NCBI GenBank assembly: GCA_963720335.1
Contig: CAVRFS010000088.1
Span: 4,297 to 68,296, forward strand
Reading direction: 5' to 3'
Length of the DNA: 64,000 bases
Origin: an uncultured Planctomycetota bacterium
GTDB lineage: Bacteria; Planctomycetota; Planctomycetia; Isosphaerales; Isosphaeraceae
Numbering within the stretch: the stretch's first letter is position 1; every line of letters begins with the position of its first letter. A program made the translations under genes and the position numbers. Positions 45,001 to 55,749 of the stretch are shown here, piece after piece. Under the pieces are notes generated by a model. That model did not search any database. It saw only the letters and a program-made list of their open reading frames with translations, and had not been told where the DNA came from.

Positions 45001-45518
45001 GCCAGGTCCGGCTTGTGAATCTCCAGCACCCAGGGGATGGCATCACGCAGCCAGTTGAGTTGGGGGTGTCGCATGAGAACGGGCTGACGAAAGACGCGAT
45101 GAAACGTACCTAAGGCGATGCCGAGTGCCCGGCCCGCATCGACCGGGAAGCCTTGTTCGTCGTGAGCCTGGTAGTAAGCCCAAAGCGGCTCGGTATCGGG
45201 TACCAGTTCCAACGCGAGTAATGCCTCGTCGGGTTCAAAGTAGACGAGGCGCGGTGCAATCTTCGCCATCTCGGCGGCGGCCGTTACCTCCTGGCAAAAA
45301 CGACAGAAAGCAGCCTCCGATGTCAGAGTCTGATGGCTCCATTTCGCCTGATTGTCGGGTTGTTTGATCAGATAACCGGCGAGGTTCGGTCCCTCGACGC
45401 GAAGATTTCGATTTCGGTCGCACGCGGATGCAATCGTCAGTTCACCATCGATGATCCAATCGCGAGCGATCAGTCCGAATTGCACCAGGGATAGCGTCGC
45501 GTCATCTACTGTCAACAT
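42036..45518 (-). CDS. Multidomain lanthipeptide-synthetase-like protein: N-terminal APH/choline-kinase-type phosphotransferase, central unknown region (lyase?), C-terminal LanC-like cyclase
   Basis: Kinase: AGYLIKQ (Lys about 45363), VIHGDL.FDNVL (about 44869-44886), IVDWEMVQFGDPAWDL (about 44799-44816). No frame-independent stop separates the parts. LanC: AIRIGQALCREAIWDVEGRLCNWMG, LYSGSTGIALFLAQLY (about 43083-43130), DVIKGNAGAIAAL, LHGAAGLGLALLELY (about 42646), NW..TWCYGAAGI (Cys about 42466), SLCHGMSGLG (Cys-His about 42305-42310), NPSFMVGLAG. My manual frame ends GYWYLRLHAPARVPPLLL..* at 42036. At least 10 frame switches, so the continuity is reconstructed rather than observed. Confidence 0.65.
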
Positions 45519-45590
45519 CGCGACATTGCCATGGCACCAACCAAAATACCTCGCGATCGAATTGAAAAACGACTTACCATCTGTGTCTAA

Positions 45591-46083
45591 TCAGCAGTCA
45601 TCAGTAGGCGGCTTGCATACATAGCAGGAAAGTGTTGCGCACGTATGAATATTGAAAACTTTTTTAGCCAACACTTCCAAAGGTGATTCGACAGGTGAAA
45701 CTGCATCGGCGAAACTCTTGCACTCGAACCGCCCTCGCCAGGTTGGCTGACACAATCTCGCCTTGAAGTAACGACAGGGCTGAGCCAGGGATTGAACTGA
45801 CCACCAGGTCGAACGTGGTCGTCGACTCAATGGCTACAAGGATTGGCGCATGGGGATCGCCGGGGTCTGCTGACCAAGAGTGTAAGATATCGGCTCGGTT
45901 CAACTCGTAGTAAGACTTGAACGAAAGCCCGAGGTAAAGTCGGACCCGTTTATCAATGCTTGCAGGTCCCGGGTATCCGCTGAGAACGACTCGATTTGAG
46001 GGCTCATTCGGGTCGGGGCGGAGTACTCGGATCAATGGGCTCGGCGGAATCCTTTCTCCGTCCGGCTGCAATTCTTCGGGCAT
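45591..46083 (-). CDS. Candidate precursor/substrate protein: about 140-aa N-terminal domain plus Cys/Thr/Ser-rich C-terminal tail
   Basis: ORF 45664-46083 (MPEELQPDGERIPPSPLIRVLRPDP..) overlaps ORF 45591-45830, which ends ..SPLEVLAKKVFNIHTCATLSCYVCKPPTDDC*. A single 1-nt offset joins them. It stops 72 nt upstream of the synthetase-like start on the same strand. Confidence 0.45.
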
Positions 46084-46140
46084 GGCCTAACCCTCGATAT
46101 CGCCAGTGTGAAATTGAACCAACCATGATTTTGGAAGTGA

Positions 46141-46159
46141 TTTACAATCAGGTTGTAAA
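46141..46159. promoter_or_regulatory. Perfect inverted repeat in the AT-rich region upstream of the candidate precursor
   Basis: TTTACAA-tcagg-TTGTAAA, about 60 nt upstream of the ATG at 46083 (minus strand). The surrounding region 46090-46330 is visibly lower in GC than the rest of the window. Confidence 0.25.
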
Positions 46160-46395
46160 ACACAATGATTCTTGCCAGGACCGTCACACCGCGTCAAGGA
46201 AAAAACCAGGATTTCCGATCATGAAAATGATCAATAATCGTTCACCGATAGTTCATTCTGACCTCGTTCTGTCGATCAATCAAGCTCCGTGAAACAATCA
46301 TGCTTGCTCGGAAAATCGCCAGCCGCGCTGGCGGATTAACTGATGACCCTCAGGCCCGAAAAAGTTCGCTTCTTCGGTCGGCGACCTGACCGGGT

Positions 46396-49300
46396 TCACG
46401 GGAGAGTGCGGACCACTCTAAACCCAAAAGAATAATTGACGTCGGCAGGCAAGTCAGTGTACCGATTGGCCGAGCGTGCGACCGGTGTTCGAGCGGTGAA
46501 GGATCCCCCTCGCATGAGTCGGGGAGTGGCCTCCATGACGATTTCCGTCTGCGAATCGCTCTGCAATCCGTTATTGACGCTTTCGTATTCGTACTCACGA
46601 TCGTGACACCACTCTCCCAGGTTTCCCAACATGTCAAACAGGCCGAAGTCGTTTGGCATCAAGCTGCCGCATGGGAGTGGGCCGGGCTTTTCCGGGACGT
46701 CTAACCTGGCGTAATTCCGCAACAGAGCGGGCGTGTTTCCGTAGAAACGGCTTGTGAGGGTGCCCGCCCGGCAAGCATACTCCCATTCGGCCTCCGTAGG
46801 TAGCCGATATCCATCCAGATCCAGGGCTCCTGGTCTGATCCGAATTTCTTTAGCGTGTCGATGCTGATTGGTGGGCTCGTAAACCTCCCTGAGCCCTTCT
46901 CGTCCACTCAGCCAGTTGCAAAACGCGGCTCCCAAGTACCAGGTCACCGCGGGTTGTGGTTGGTCGGGTTTCGAGCCGTGAATCACGTTCGCGTAGGGAT
47001 AGGCGACGAGATAATCCTTCAAGAACTCTTCGAACTGGGCGATCGACACTTCCATGGAAGACATTGCGATCCGGCGCAGGATTCTTCGAGTGTGCCGTTT
47101 TTCCATTTTATAGAAGGGATCGCTCTCGGGCGAACCCATCAGAAAGTCAACGGGCCCGTCGACGACGACCATCGTCTGACCAATTGAATTGACAAACCAA
47201 CGGCGATTCCCCTTGTTCTTGTCCTTGGCGAGTTCCGCGTCGATCCTTCGCAACACATGGGCTTGGCCCCACCGTCTCAGTGTCCAATGCGCCGCACTGT
47301 GCACCCCAGGGTCCGGGTCGTTACGGTAGAGCGCGAGCAGCTTCGGGATTTCTCGCTCTCGATCATCGGTTAAGAGGCGATCGGGATCATAACGACCCAG
47401 GGCAAGAATCAGAGCCCGCCGTTTCGAGGTAACCGGGTCGAACAAAGCCCGGTGGTTCGGGTCGCGTGAACCATCAGCACCAATCAACCGGCGAGCATCC
47501 AGGGCCACCGGTGGGCTCTGCTCGATCCGCTGGATCTGCTCGATAATCTTCCACGGATCGGCACCGAGCAGTTCCAGCCAGTGAATAATGAAGCTACGAA
47601 GGCGCGGATCGGAGCGATGTGCCAGCAAGGGCCAGACTGCATCGTTACTGCCCAAGTGCACAAGTGCAACTGCGGCCTTGGCCTCGCGCTCCGCTTGCTG
47701 GTCCTTCTTGTTCTCGTCGGCTGAAGCGGATTCTTCGTCGTCATGGATCGCGGCTTGAAGTAAGGGAATTGCTTGCTCCATCTGCTGTTTGACGGCCTGG
47801 AGGATGATCCCGAATTCCTTGGGCTCCGCGTCCATGAGGAGATCTACCAGATCAATCGGACTGTCGCCAAAATAATCAACAAGATAGATCGTGGCTTGCA
47901 CTCGGTCCGTCTGGGGTCGAGCCTTGTTCCGCAAAATCTGTCGCAGGGGGCCAAGGAGAGAGGTCTTGGCCGGACGCAGGATCTTGAGCCAGTGTAAAAC
48001 GTCGACAGGGTTCACCGATACCATCGCTTCGGCGACTCGGCTCCCCACTTCGTTCCAGTTCTGATGGGCTGGGCCGTGTGCGCCAACACGCCTGCAACCG
48101 GCAGAATTCGGCTATCTTTGGGCGCCGCTCCACGCAAATCTTTCCAGAGTTTACCGCTCAAACTCCCGCGGAACGGCTGCAGACTATCTCGGAGCACAAC
48201 CGTCTCGATTGGATCTGCCGCGAGCAGACGATCATACAGAACATCGAGTTGACTACGGTCCTCCGGCAGCAGTGCAAGGCTATAGGCGAGTTGAGAACGC
48301 CTGTCATTTCCCGGCTGTTTCGCTAGAGCATCCAACTGTTGCGAATAGGTCCAGCGGGGGTAGCTCTTCAGTTGACGAAGAACTTTCGGAATATTTTCGA
48401 CGTTGGCCGTCGAAAGCTGAGAGAGCAGCCTATCCGTTCCGGTGTATGCGTAAAAGACGAGTCCCGCCGTGCTCAGCAATCCCAGCAGACCCAGAAGGCC
48501 GATCAGTCTGTTCCCGTGCACCAGGCCCTGCGCCATCATCCGGCGCTGTGAATCGGACCAGTCTTTTCGACGAGTCAAAGTCCGGATTCCTGACCCATTC
48601 CGGGGCTGAAGGCAGGTAACGGCGCTCGGGTTTGGCGCTCCACTGCGTCATGGCCTCAGCCAACAAGAGCTCCGCCCTTCCGCGGCTCGTTTCGCGCTGT
48701 TTGCGGGTCAGCCAGTCGCGCAGTGGAGTGTACCAGATAATCGTGTGTTAGTTGGTAGCAATTTGCGTCGGCCTTGGAAGTAGATTTCCCCTCATGAATC
48801 GAGCCCTCGGGATCGACCGGCGTGATCAGGCGAAGGTCGTTGTCGAGCACGCGGATCAGGTCGTCGAAGTCCCGGCCGGTCGGCGTATCCTGAGAGCTTC
48901 CCGCAACTCCTCGATCGACCGCATCCGGCCCTTGATATCGGCGTCGGTCTCGGGCAGCAGCGACTTCAAGACGGCCTGGGCCGCCTTCTGGTGATAACGG
49001 TGCTTCGGGGGACACGCGTCGAGCTGAAAGTCTCTTCGAGGAACTTCACGCCCACGCCGTCCATGCCGCCGACTTCCCGCAGGTCGCGGGCGTCCACGGC
49101 TTCGCCCTTGACCATCTCGGCGAACAGCGCCAGCCGGACCGGGACGATCTTGCCGTCCTGGGCCAAGCCCGGAGATGGCCTGGTCGAGGAAGCTGCCTGT
49201 TCCCTGCTCAGTCGTCGATCCTGCGGCGGGCAGAGCCTCGTACGCGCGCCCGTACGCCGCCAAGCACTTTGCGGGCATGTTTCGGGTCGAACAGGTCGAC

Positions 49301-51227
49301 GGCGGCGACGTTGCGGTCAGGGACCAGGTCGATTTCGAGGTCCCTCATGAACCGGGTCGTCGCCATCCAGAAGTCGTCCCGCACCAGGCAGAGCGACCTG
49401 GACGTGCTCGCCGTCGCACTGCCGCAGCGCGGCGACCAGCTCGGTCGCCTCGCTCGGACTGACGGGCGAAGAGCCACTGCTCGAACTGGTCCAGGACCAC
49501 GAGCATCTTGTGACCGGCGGAGACAGGGCGGCCTCGCCGGAGGGCCGCGAAAGACTCCACGAGGCCAGCGTCGACGGCCAGAGCCGGGGAAGGCCTTGCT
49601 GGATCGCCCGGAGCAGTCGGGCTTCCGTCTCGCCGCCGCTGGCCTCGACGATACACCGGACTCGACGTGTCCGAGCAACAAGGGGAGCAGACCCGCCTTG
49701 ACCAGCGACGACTTACCGCATCCCGAGGGCCCGTAAATGATTCCGACGCGAAACGTCCTGTCCGGGTCGGTCGCCTCGATCCGCGTCTTCCAGAACCGGA
49801 GTCCGTCGGGGAGTCCCGTCCCGATCGCGAGGTCCGGGCAAGAGCTCGAGGAAGAAATCGGCGTCGTGCTCGTCGAAGGAACCGAGCCCCTTGGGCACGA
49901 TCTTGATCGGATGCCCGCTCGAGTCGGACGGCCCGATGCGCCAGGCGGTGCTGGCTCACCAGTAAGGCCTCGGGCGCACGATGATGGCGGCTCGTGCGGC
50001 GTCACGACGTCAGGCTGACCGCCCCCGAGCCCATCTTGAGGAAATGCCGCAGGTCCTCGGCCAGGTCGCGGGCGGTCGAGTAGCGCGTCCGACGCCCGCT
50101 TCGCAGAGCGCCTTCAGGCAGATTCGCTCGAGCTCCTTGGGAATCTTGTCGTCGATTTGGCGAGGAGGACGGGGTTCGATGATTGATGATCTTGTGCATG
50201 ACCTCGGGCCGCGAGCTTCCCCGAAACGGCCGCCGGCCGGTCAGTAGTTCGTAAAAGACGATGCCCAGGCTGAAGATGTCGGATCGTCCATCGACCAGGT
50301 GCCCCTCGCCCTGCGCCTGCTCGGGACTCATGTAGGCCGCCGTGCCGACGAACCGTCGCCCTTGCCCACGTTTTCGTCCTTTAAGGCCAACCCGAAGTCG
50401 GCCAGCGAGGGACTCCGTCGGCGTCGAGCAGGATGTTCGCCGGCTTGATGTCGCGATGGAACAGGTCCTGCGTGTGCGGTAGTGCAGCGCCTCGGCAGAG
50501 CGATGGCGACCAGCTCCGCGGCCTCGGCAAACGGGACCGGCCGCGAGCCATCCGAGCTGCAAGGTCGCCGCCTTCCATATACTTGGAAACGACGAAAAAC
50601 CGGCCGTCGTCGGTGCGGCCGACGTCATAAACCGGCACGATGTTGGGATGGGAAAGTCGGGCAACGATGCGTGCTTCATCGAGATAAGACTGTAAATTCA
50701 CGAATTGGGCGAGCCGCTCGGTGATCGGTACTTTGATCGCAACGAAGCGGTCCAGCTCGGCGTCGTGCGCGAGGTAGACACGGCCGAATCCACCTTGGCC
50801 GAGTAGCCGGATGACGCGGTAACGACCGATGTCGCCAGGTCGCACGTGTCGGAATCCGTATGCCGCGTCAGGATGATTCGGCGTCGCGGGTTCCAGAAGT
50901 CCAGTGGTCGCGTCCCTTCTTTGCGGACCTCTCCCCTGCCCGCCAAATCGTCATCGAACTTCTGCTCGAACGGCAGCTTCAAGAACGCGTAGAGTGCTTT
51001 CCGATCATTGATCTGGTCACAAACCGCGTCAAACAATGCTGGATCATTGATGCCGAGTGTTTCAGGGACGCGTCCTCGCGTTTCAGAAATCGCTCCTCCC
51101 ATTTCTCCAGGAGGTCCTGCAGTTCGTTCAACGGGGTGTCGACCTCGCTAGCGGATCGGGCGCTCTTGCCTCTGTCGCAGGCATCGAGCCGCGGGGCGGG
51201 GTCCAATTCCGGGTCTTGGTCGCGCAT
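46396..51227 (-). CDS. Giant signalling protein: Ser/Thr kinase, P-loop STAND-like NTPase, TM segment, HEAT-like repeats and an FGE-sulfatase (SUMF1/CLec-fold) domain
   Basis: [48 protein letters not shown] (ORFs 50381-, 50002-). [24 protein letters not shown] Walker A (49208-). TM segment in 48012-48578. The intact ORF 46396-48048 ends with ..[48 protein letters not shown]. The N-terminus is from ATG 51227. At least 8 frame switches. Confidence 0.75.
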
Positions 51228-51260
51228 GAGAGGCTCCGCCGAACCATCAGATAACGCGGA

Positions 51261-51875
51261 TCAGAACGCCTGGTCGAATCCCTTGAGCCAGATTGCGAGT
51301 CGCCGTGTCGCGGCCAGCCAGAGACGGCTGACTTGCTTGGCGGGCAAGCTGAGTATCTGGGCGATTTCAACCTGGGTAAAGCCGCCATAGTAGCGCATCT
51401 CGAAGACCGTTCGCTGGTCGTCCGGCAACCGTTCGACTTGCTGATGAAACTCGGTCAAGATCGCGAGCCGGCTCGGCTCATTCGTGGTGTCGGGCAATCG
51501 AATGCGGCGGCCGCGTTGGAATCCGTCGTTCCCAGCGGGTCCGCGGTATCGATTCGCATCATCTCTACGCTGATGCCTGGCCATGTCCAGTAGCACTCGT
51601 GCACTTTTGTGGAATACAAGACCCATGAAGCCGTCCACGGTTTGTGGCTGGGTGGACTCCAGGGCGGTGACCAGGCGGATCCAGACCTCGCTGACAACGC
51701 TCTCGAGAACGTGACGACCGCGAAGGCCCGGAAAATCCTGCTCAAAAATCGAACCGGCGATCCGCAACAGGTGGTTATGCGTGCCCGCTGCAACAGTTCG
51801 GTTCGCCGGCGTGGGGTCGCCGCGGTGAAGACGGTCAATCAGGTCCTGGAGATCAGCGGAGGTGTTACTGGTCAC
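51261..51875 (-). CDS. ECF-type sigma-70 family RNA polymerase sigma factor
   Basis: Intact 204 aa. Region 2 is ..VVSEVWIRLV... Region 4 is LPDDQRTVFEMRYYGGFTQVEIAQILSLPAKQVSRLW. Its stop lies 34 nt upstream of the kinase ATG. Confidence 0.85.
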   Translation of the reverse strand: MTSNTSADLQDLIDRLHRGDPTPANRTVAAGTHNHLLRIAGSIFEQDFPGLRGRHVLESVVSEVWIRLVTALESTQPQTVDGFMGLVFHKSARVLLDMARHQRRDDANRYRGPAGNDGFQRGRRIRLPDTTNEPSRLAILTEFHQQVERLPDDQRTVFEMRYYGGFTQVEIAQILSLPAKQVSRLWLAATRRLAIWLKGFDQAF

Positions 51876-52234
51876 TTCAGGAACGCCTATGGAACGATTG
51901 CCGGTTCCCGCTTAACCCGACGGAGCGATCGAGAAACGGACGACACAGATGTTGTCACCATCCATCCTAATGATCCGGTCGCTTGCTCTCAAACAAAATG
52001 ATTTTTTTCCAGATTTGTTGTCCGAAAACCGAGCTCCGACAGCCTTGTTCGATAGTGCGACGAGGGACGCGGAAGCCGTGAAGGAAGGCTGACCATCCTC
52101 GTCGCACATGACCAAATCCGAACCGTCGACCACGGTCGAGTGCGGAGCAACTGCTCCCGGGTGGTCGGGTGGCGAGGGCGTGCATCGTCGAGAGCATCGA
52201 CACTTCCACACCGTTTGAATTCGAGGAGAACATC

Positions 52235-52636
52235 ATGAAGAGAGCATCATTTGTGCCTTGCGCCGATGTCCTGGAATCCCGGATCGCCCTTTCGGGAGGG
52301 GTTCGCTTCACCAGTACGGGGGCGGCGATCTTGACTACCCGTGCGCTAAGCGAGACCTACAGCCAGGTCGAGAACGCGATTTCCCGCTTCGCCAACCACG
52401 GACAGAATTACCACGCGCTGGAGGTCAACCTGGCCAATGCGGTGAACCGGATTCCCTGGAACCGCCGTGACGGCTTGTTGGCCGCCGTCGAGACCGAGCC
52501 CTCGGCGCTGCGAAGCGACATCAGCTCGGGCCTCAGCAAACCGGTCATTACTGAAATGCGGAACACGCTGGCCGACGTACAGCAATTCGTCCAGGGTGAG
52601 ATCGCGGACGGCGTCATCGCCCTGCGGTCTCATTAA
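52235..52636 (+). CDS. Hypothetical protein
   Basis: GAGGAGAA before ATG 52235. Starts MKRASFVPCADVLESRIALSGG (planctomycete-style N-terminal motif). Frame is intact. Confidence 0.5.
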   Translation: MKRASFVPCADVLESRIALSGGVRFTSTGAAILTTRALSETYSQVENAISRFANHGQNYHALEVNLANAVNRIPWNRRDGLLAAVETEPSALRSDISSGLSKPVITEMRNTLADVQQFVQGEIADGVIALRSH

Positions 52637-53614
52637 AAGTCCGCACGAGCGGCCTCGACCGCGGTTCGAGGGGCGATTGCGCCCGTTGTGCCGCGGTATC
52701 GATCCCTGAACGTCGGGGATCGACTCGGATCGAGCTTGGCGGTTATGGGCTGGTGAAGATTTGGCCTTCAACGGTCCAGGACGTCCCTTGTCCATTCCCA
52801 ACCCAGGTTGAATGGGGAACCTTTGTGCTGAGTTGATGCAAGAGACTCGCCCTTGGGAACGGTCCAGGGACTCGTCGCGCTCGCCGCGTTGGCGGCCGCA
52901 GATCCTCTGGCAGGCGGTCAGACCACTGCGGCTCGATGAAATGCGTGCCTTATGCGAGGCATCCGCACGCACGCAGTCGACCGGACGGTCGACGACCAGA
53001 GGTATCGGGTCGACACGCTGCGGGAGAGCCCGATCGTTTGCAAGCTCCGTCCCGGACGGCACCTTTTGCGGATACTCAGAAGCAGTCGTGTTCTTCTTGA
53101 ACAGGAATTTACGCTTGACCGCGGCCAGGAAGTCGTGCTAATGGCCTGGGAACGGTCCAATGAGAAACCCGCTGAGGCACGCCCGCCAACATTTTTTTTC
53201 AACTGGTCGCTTCAGCGAACGCGACTCGATCGGAAAAGCCATTGAGAGGCGGGATGCAGTCGTCGAAGGCTCGAGGAATCGTCGATCGCCTGGCCAACGG
53301 CGCGTCCTCGGCGCGGTCGTCGATTACCCGAAAGTCCGTTTCGGTCGGTCCTTCGACGTCGAGAGGGGGAGCGGCGTACGTGGCCAATCCGGATACCCAA
53401 ATTGTCGCTGCGGACTCGCGCCGAACGCGAGATGCCGATCAGGCAAACTCGCTGGAAATCAACGGTTATCTGCGAAATTCAACCAGCGCCGAGGCCGACC
53501 ACGCCATCCCAAAAAACCGTCAATCTCAAATCGAAGATTTTTTCTCCCGTCCCGACCATTCATGCGCCACACTTCCTTGTTCGAGTTCTCCGGCATTTCA
53601 TGGAGGATGGACTG

Positions 53615-53911
53615 ATGAAGCGCATTGTTTGGATGACCTGCGTCGGTCTCACCTTGGCCAGCTTCTCGGGTTGCCACCTTTGCAAAAAGAAACATCTCAG
53701 ACAAGCCTCTTTGATTGACGGCGGATCTTGCGAATGCGGCCCTGCGATTCCCTCGTCCTACGAAGGGATTCCCACCGCCGAACCGGGTGTCATGGTCGCG
53801 CCAGCACCTATACCTTACAGTGGTCCGTTGCCAGCACTCAGAAGAAACCGTGACTGCTTCGCTCACTCAATCGTCATTGGTGATTGGTCAAGACAGCCGC
53901 AATTTCACTAA
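53615..53911 (+). CDS. Small lipoprotein
   Basis: GGAGGATGG before ATG 53615. MKRIVWMTCVGLTLASFSGC lipobox. Confidence 0.5.
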   Translation: MKRIVWMTCVGLTLASFSGCHLCKKKHLRQASLIDGGSCECGPAIPSSYEGIPTAEPGVMVAPAPIPYSGPLPALRRNRDCFAHSIVIGDWSRQPQFH

Positions 53912-53949
53912 TGACTAATGACCAGAGAGCGAAGCGACCCGTTCGAGAA

Positions 53950-55541
53950 TCAGAACTCAGAAGCCGCAACGGCGAGTCCCTCGTCCTCGGTGACTTCGCG
54001 CTCATGCGTTGACGAATGCAAGAGTGTGGCTTCCGCGTTTGGAAGCCAGAGGGCACAGACCAATGTGCCGACCGCCAGGAGGGTCATCTGCAGATAAATG
54101 TCCTTCAGCGTCAGACCCAGGTTCACCTGGACGGCCGCAAGTTGAGTGGCCGACAGCAGCTCATGGGTCTCCGGCCTGAGCGCGGCGGCGACGTCGATTC
54201 CTGACGCTCCGGAGACAGCCAGGCGACGAGTCGAGCTCCCAACCGAGAGTCGCGCCGAGAAGACCGACGCCGAGCGCACCGCCGATTGTGCGGAGAAACG
54301 TGACCGCACCGGTCGCCACTCCCCGCTGTCCCCAGTTCACCGCGTGTTGCACGGCGAGGATAAAGCTGAGCGAGGTCGGCCCAAACCCGAGGCCACAAAC
54401 CGCTAGTCCGACCATGAAACACACACGCGACCATTCCGGAATGGTTGTGCCAACGACGAGACCGAGCGTCCCCAGGGCCACCAAGGCCGAGCCGACCATG
54501 CCTCCGCGACGGAAACCATAGTGCACGACCGCCTTCGCGGCCAGGGCCACGCTGATCGCCCAGGCGAGGAAAAGCGGCATCAGCGCCCGCCCGCCGAGGG
54601 TCGCATTTCCGCCGCGCACGCCTTGAATGTAAAGCGGCACGTAGGTTTCGAGTCCGAACAGGATGCCGCCGACAAGAAAACTGCCGATCAGCGACGCCGC
54701 GATCACGGGCCGAGTCATCAGGTCCATGGGCAGGATCGGGTCGGCGGCGTGGTGCTCGCGAATCACGAAGGCAATGAGAATCGCGACCGCGGCACCCAGC
54801 AGAGCCAGGTCGACCGGCCAACTGAGCCGCGAGCCGTCCAGCACGACCCACAACAATGTGGACATCCCCAAAGTCAATAAGACTGCACAGACCAATCGAT
54901 CGGCGCCACCGTCCGCTCGACCGAAGGCTCTGTCACGTAAAAGATTAGCATCCCGATCGCCAGGACAGCGAACGGGACGCTTACAGGAAAACCCAGCGCC
55001 AGCCCAGATGATCGGTCAGATATCCCCCGATCAGCGGGCCAGCCACACTTGATAATCCCCAAACCGCGCTGAAGAGCCCCTGAACGCGAGCCCGCTCCGA
55101 TAGCGTGAATAAGTCCCCCAGCATCGTCAACACAATCGGCCCAACGGCGCCGGCACCCAACCCTTGAATGCTCCGCATCGCGATCAACTGTCCCATGCTC
55201 ATCGAAGTCCCGGACAGAATCGAGCCCAGGCTAAAGAGCGTAAGTCCAAAGAGCAAAACGCGCTTGCGACCGAACATGTCGGCTAGCTTGCCGTAAATGG
55301 GCGTACTGACGGTCGCTGCAAGCAGAAAAGCCGAAATCACCCAGGGATAGATTTCGAACCCCTTGAGCTGGGCGATGATTGTGGGCATGGCCGGTGAAAC
55401 GACCAGTTGCTCCATCGCGGTTACCATCATTGCGACCAGGAGGGCCGCGGTTACCATCCGCCGGCCGTCCAGAGCCGATGGACTCGCCTTTTTCTCGTCC
55501 TGTTCCAGACCAACCTCGACGTCTACACTCGAATTCCCCAT
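53950..55541 (-). CDS. MFS transporter (DHA2-like drug:H+ antiporter family)
   Basis: ORF 54981-55541 carries ..YGKLADMFGRKRVLLFGL..IQGLGAGAV. It continues through 54874-55062, 54161-54895 and 53950-54309. At least 2 frame switches. Confidence 0.8.
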
Positions 55542-55749
55542 GTCCCCAAGTTCCTCAACGGTTTTTGGCAGCGAATCTTTGACTGATCATTGTACCGAGG
55601 TCGCCAAGTCGGACACGAACCGATGACAAGTTGGCTCGCCCGCCGAGACGACTCTCGAAAAACAATCACGACTGGCGTATCGTGATCGAATCGGTCACCG
55701 TCATGTCAGTTTCGAAGAGCGTTTCAATCGGAACCGGAAGGAAAACACC

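Noticed and set aside
46396-46560. Diversity-generating retroelement targeting the C-terminal FGE/CLec-fold domain
   Set aside because: I found no template-repeat copy of the 3' end of the gene and no reverse transcriptase anywhere in the window. The putative variable-region-equivalent segment is not followed by an IMH-like repeat.
52640-53610. Several 60-240 aa ORFs on both strands (for example 52346-53062 minus, 53160-53615 plus)
   Set aside because: They are Arg/Ser/Pro-rich translations with no motif, signal or RBS that I could support. I left this stretch unannotated.
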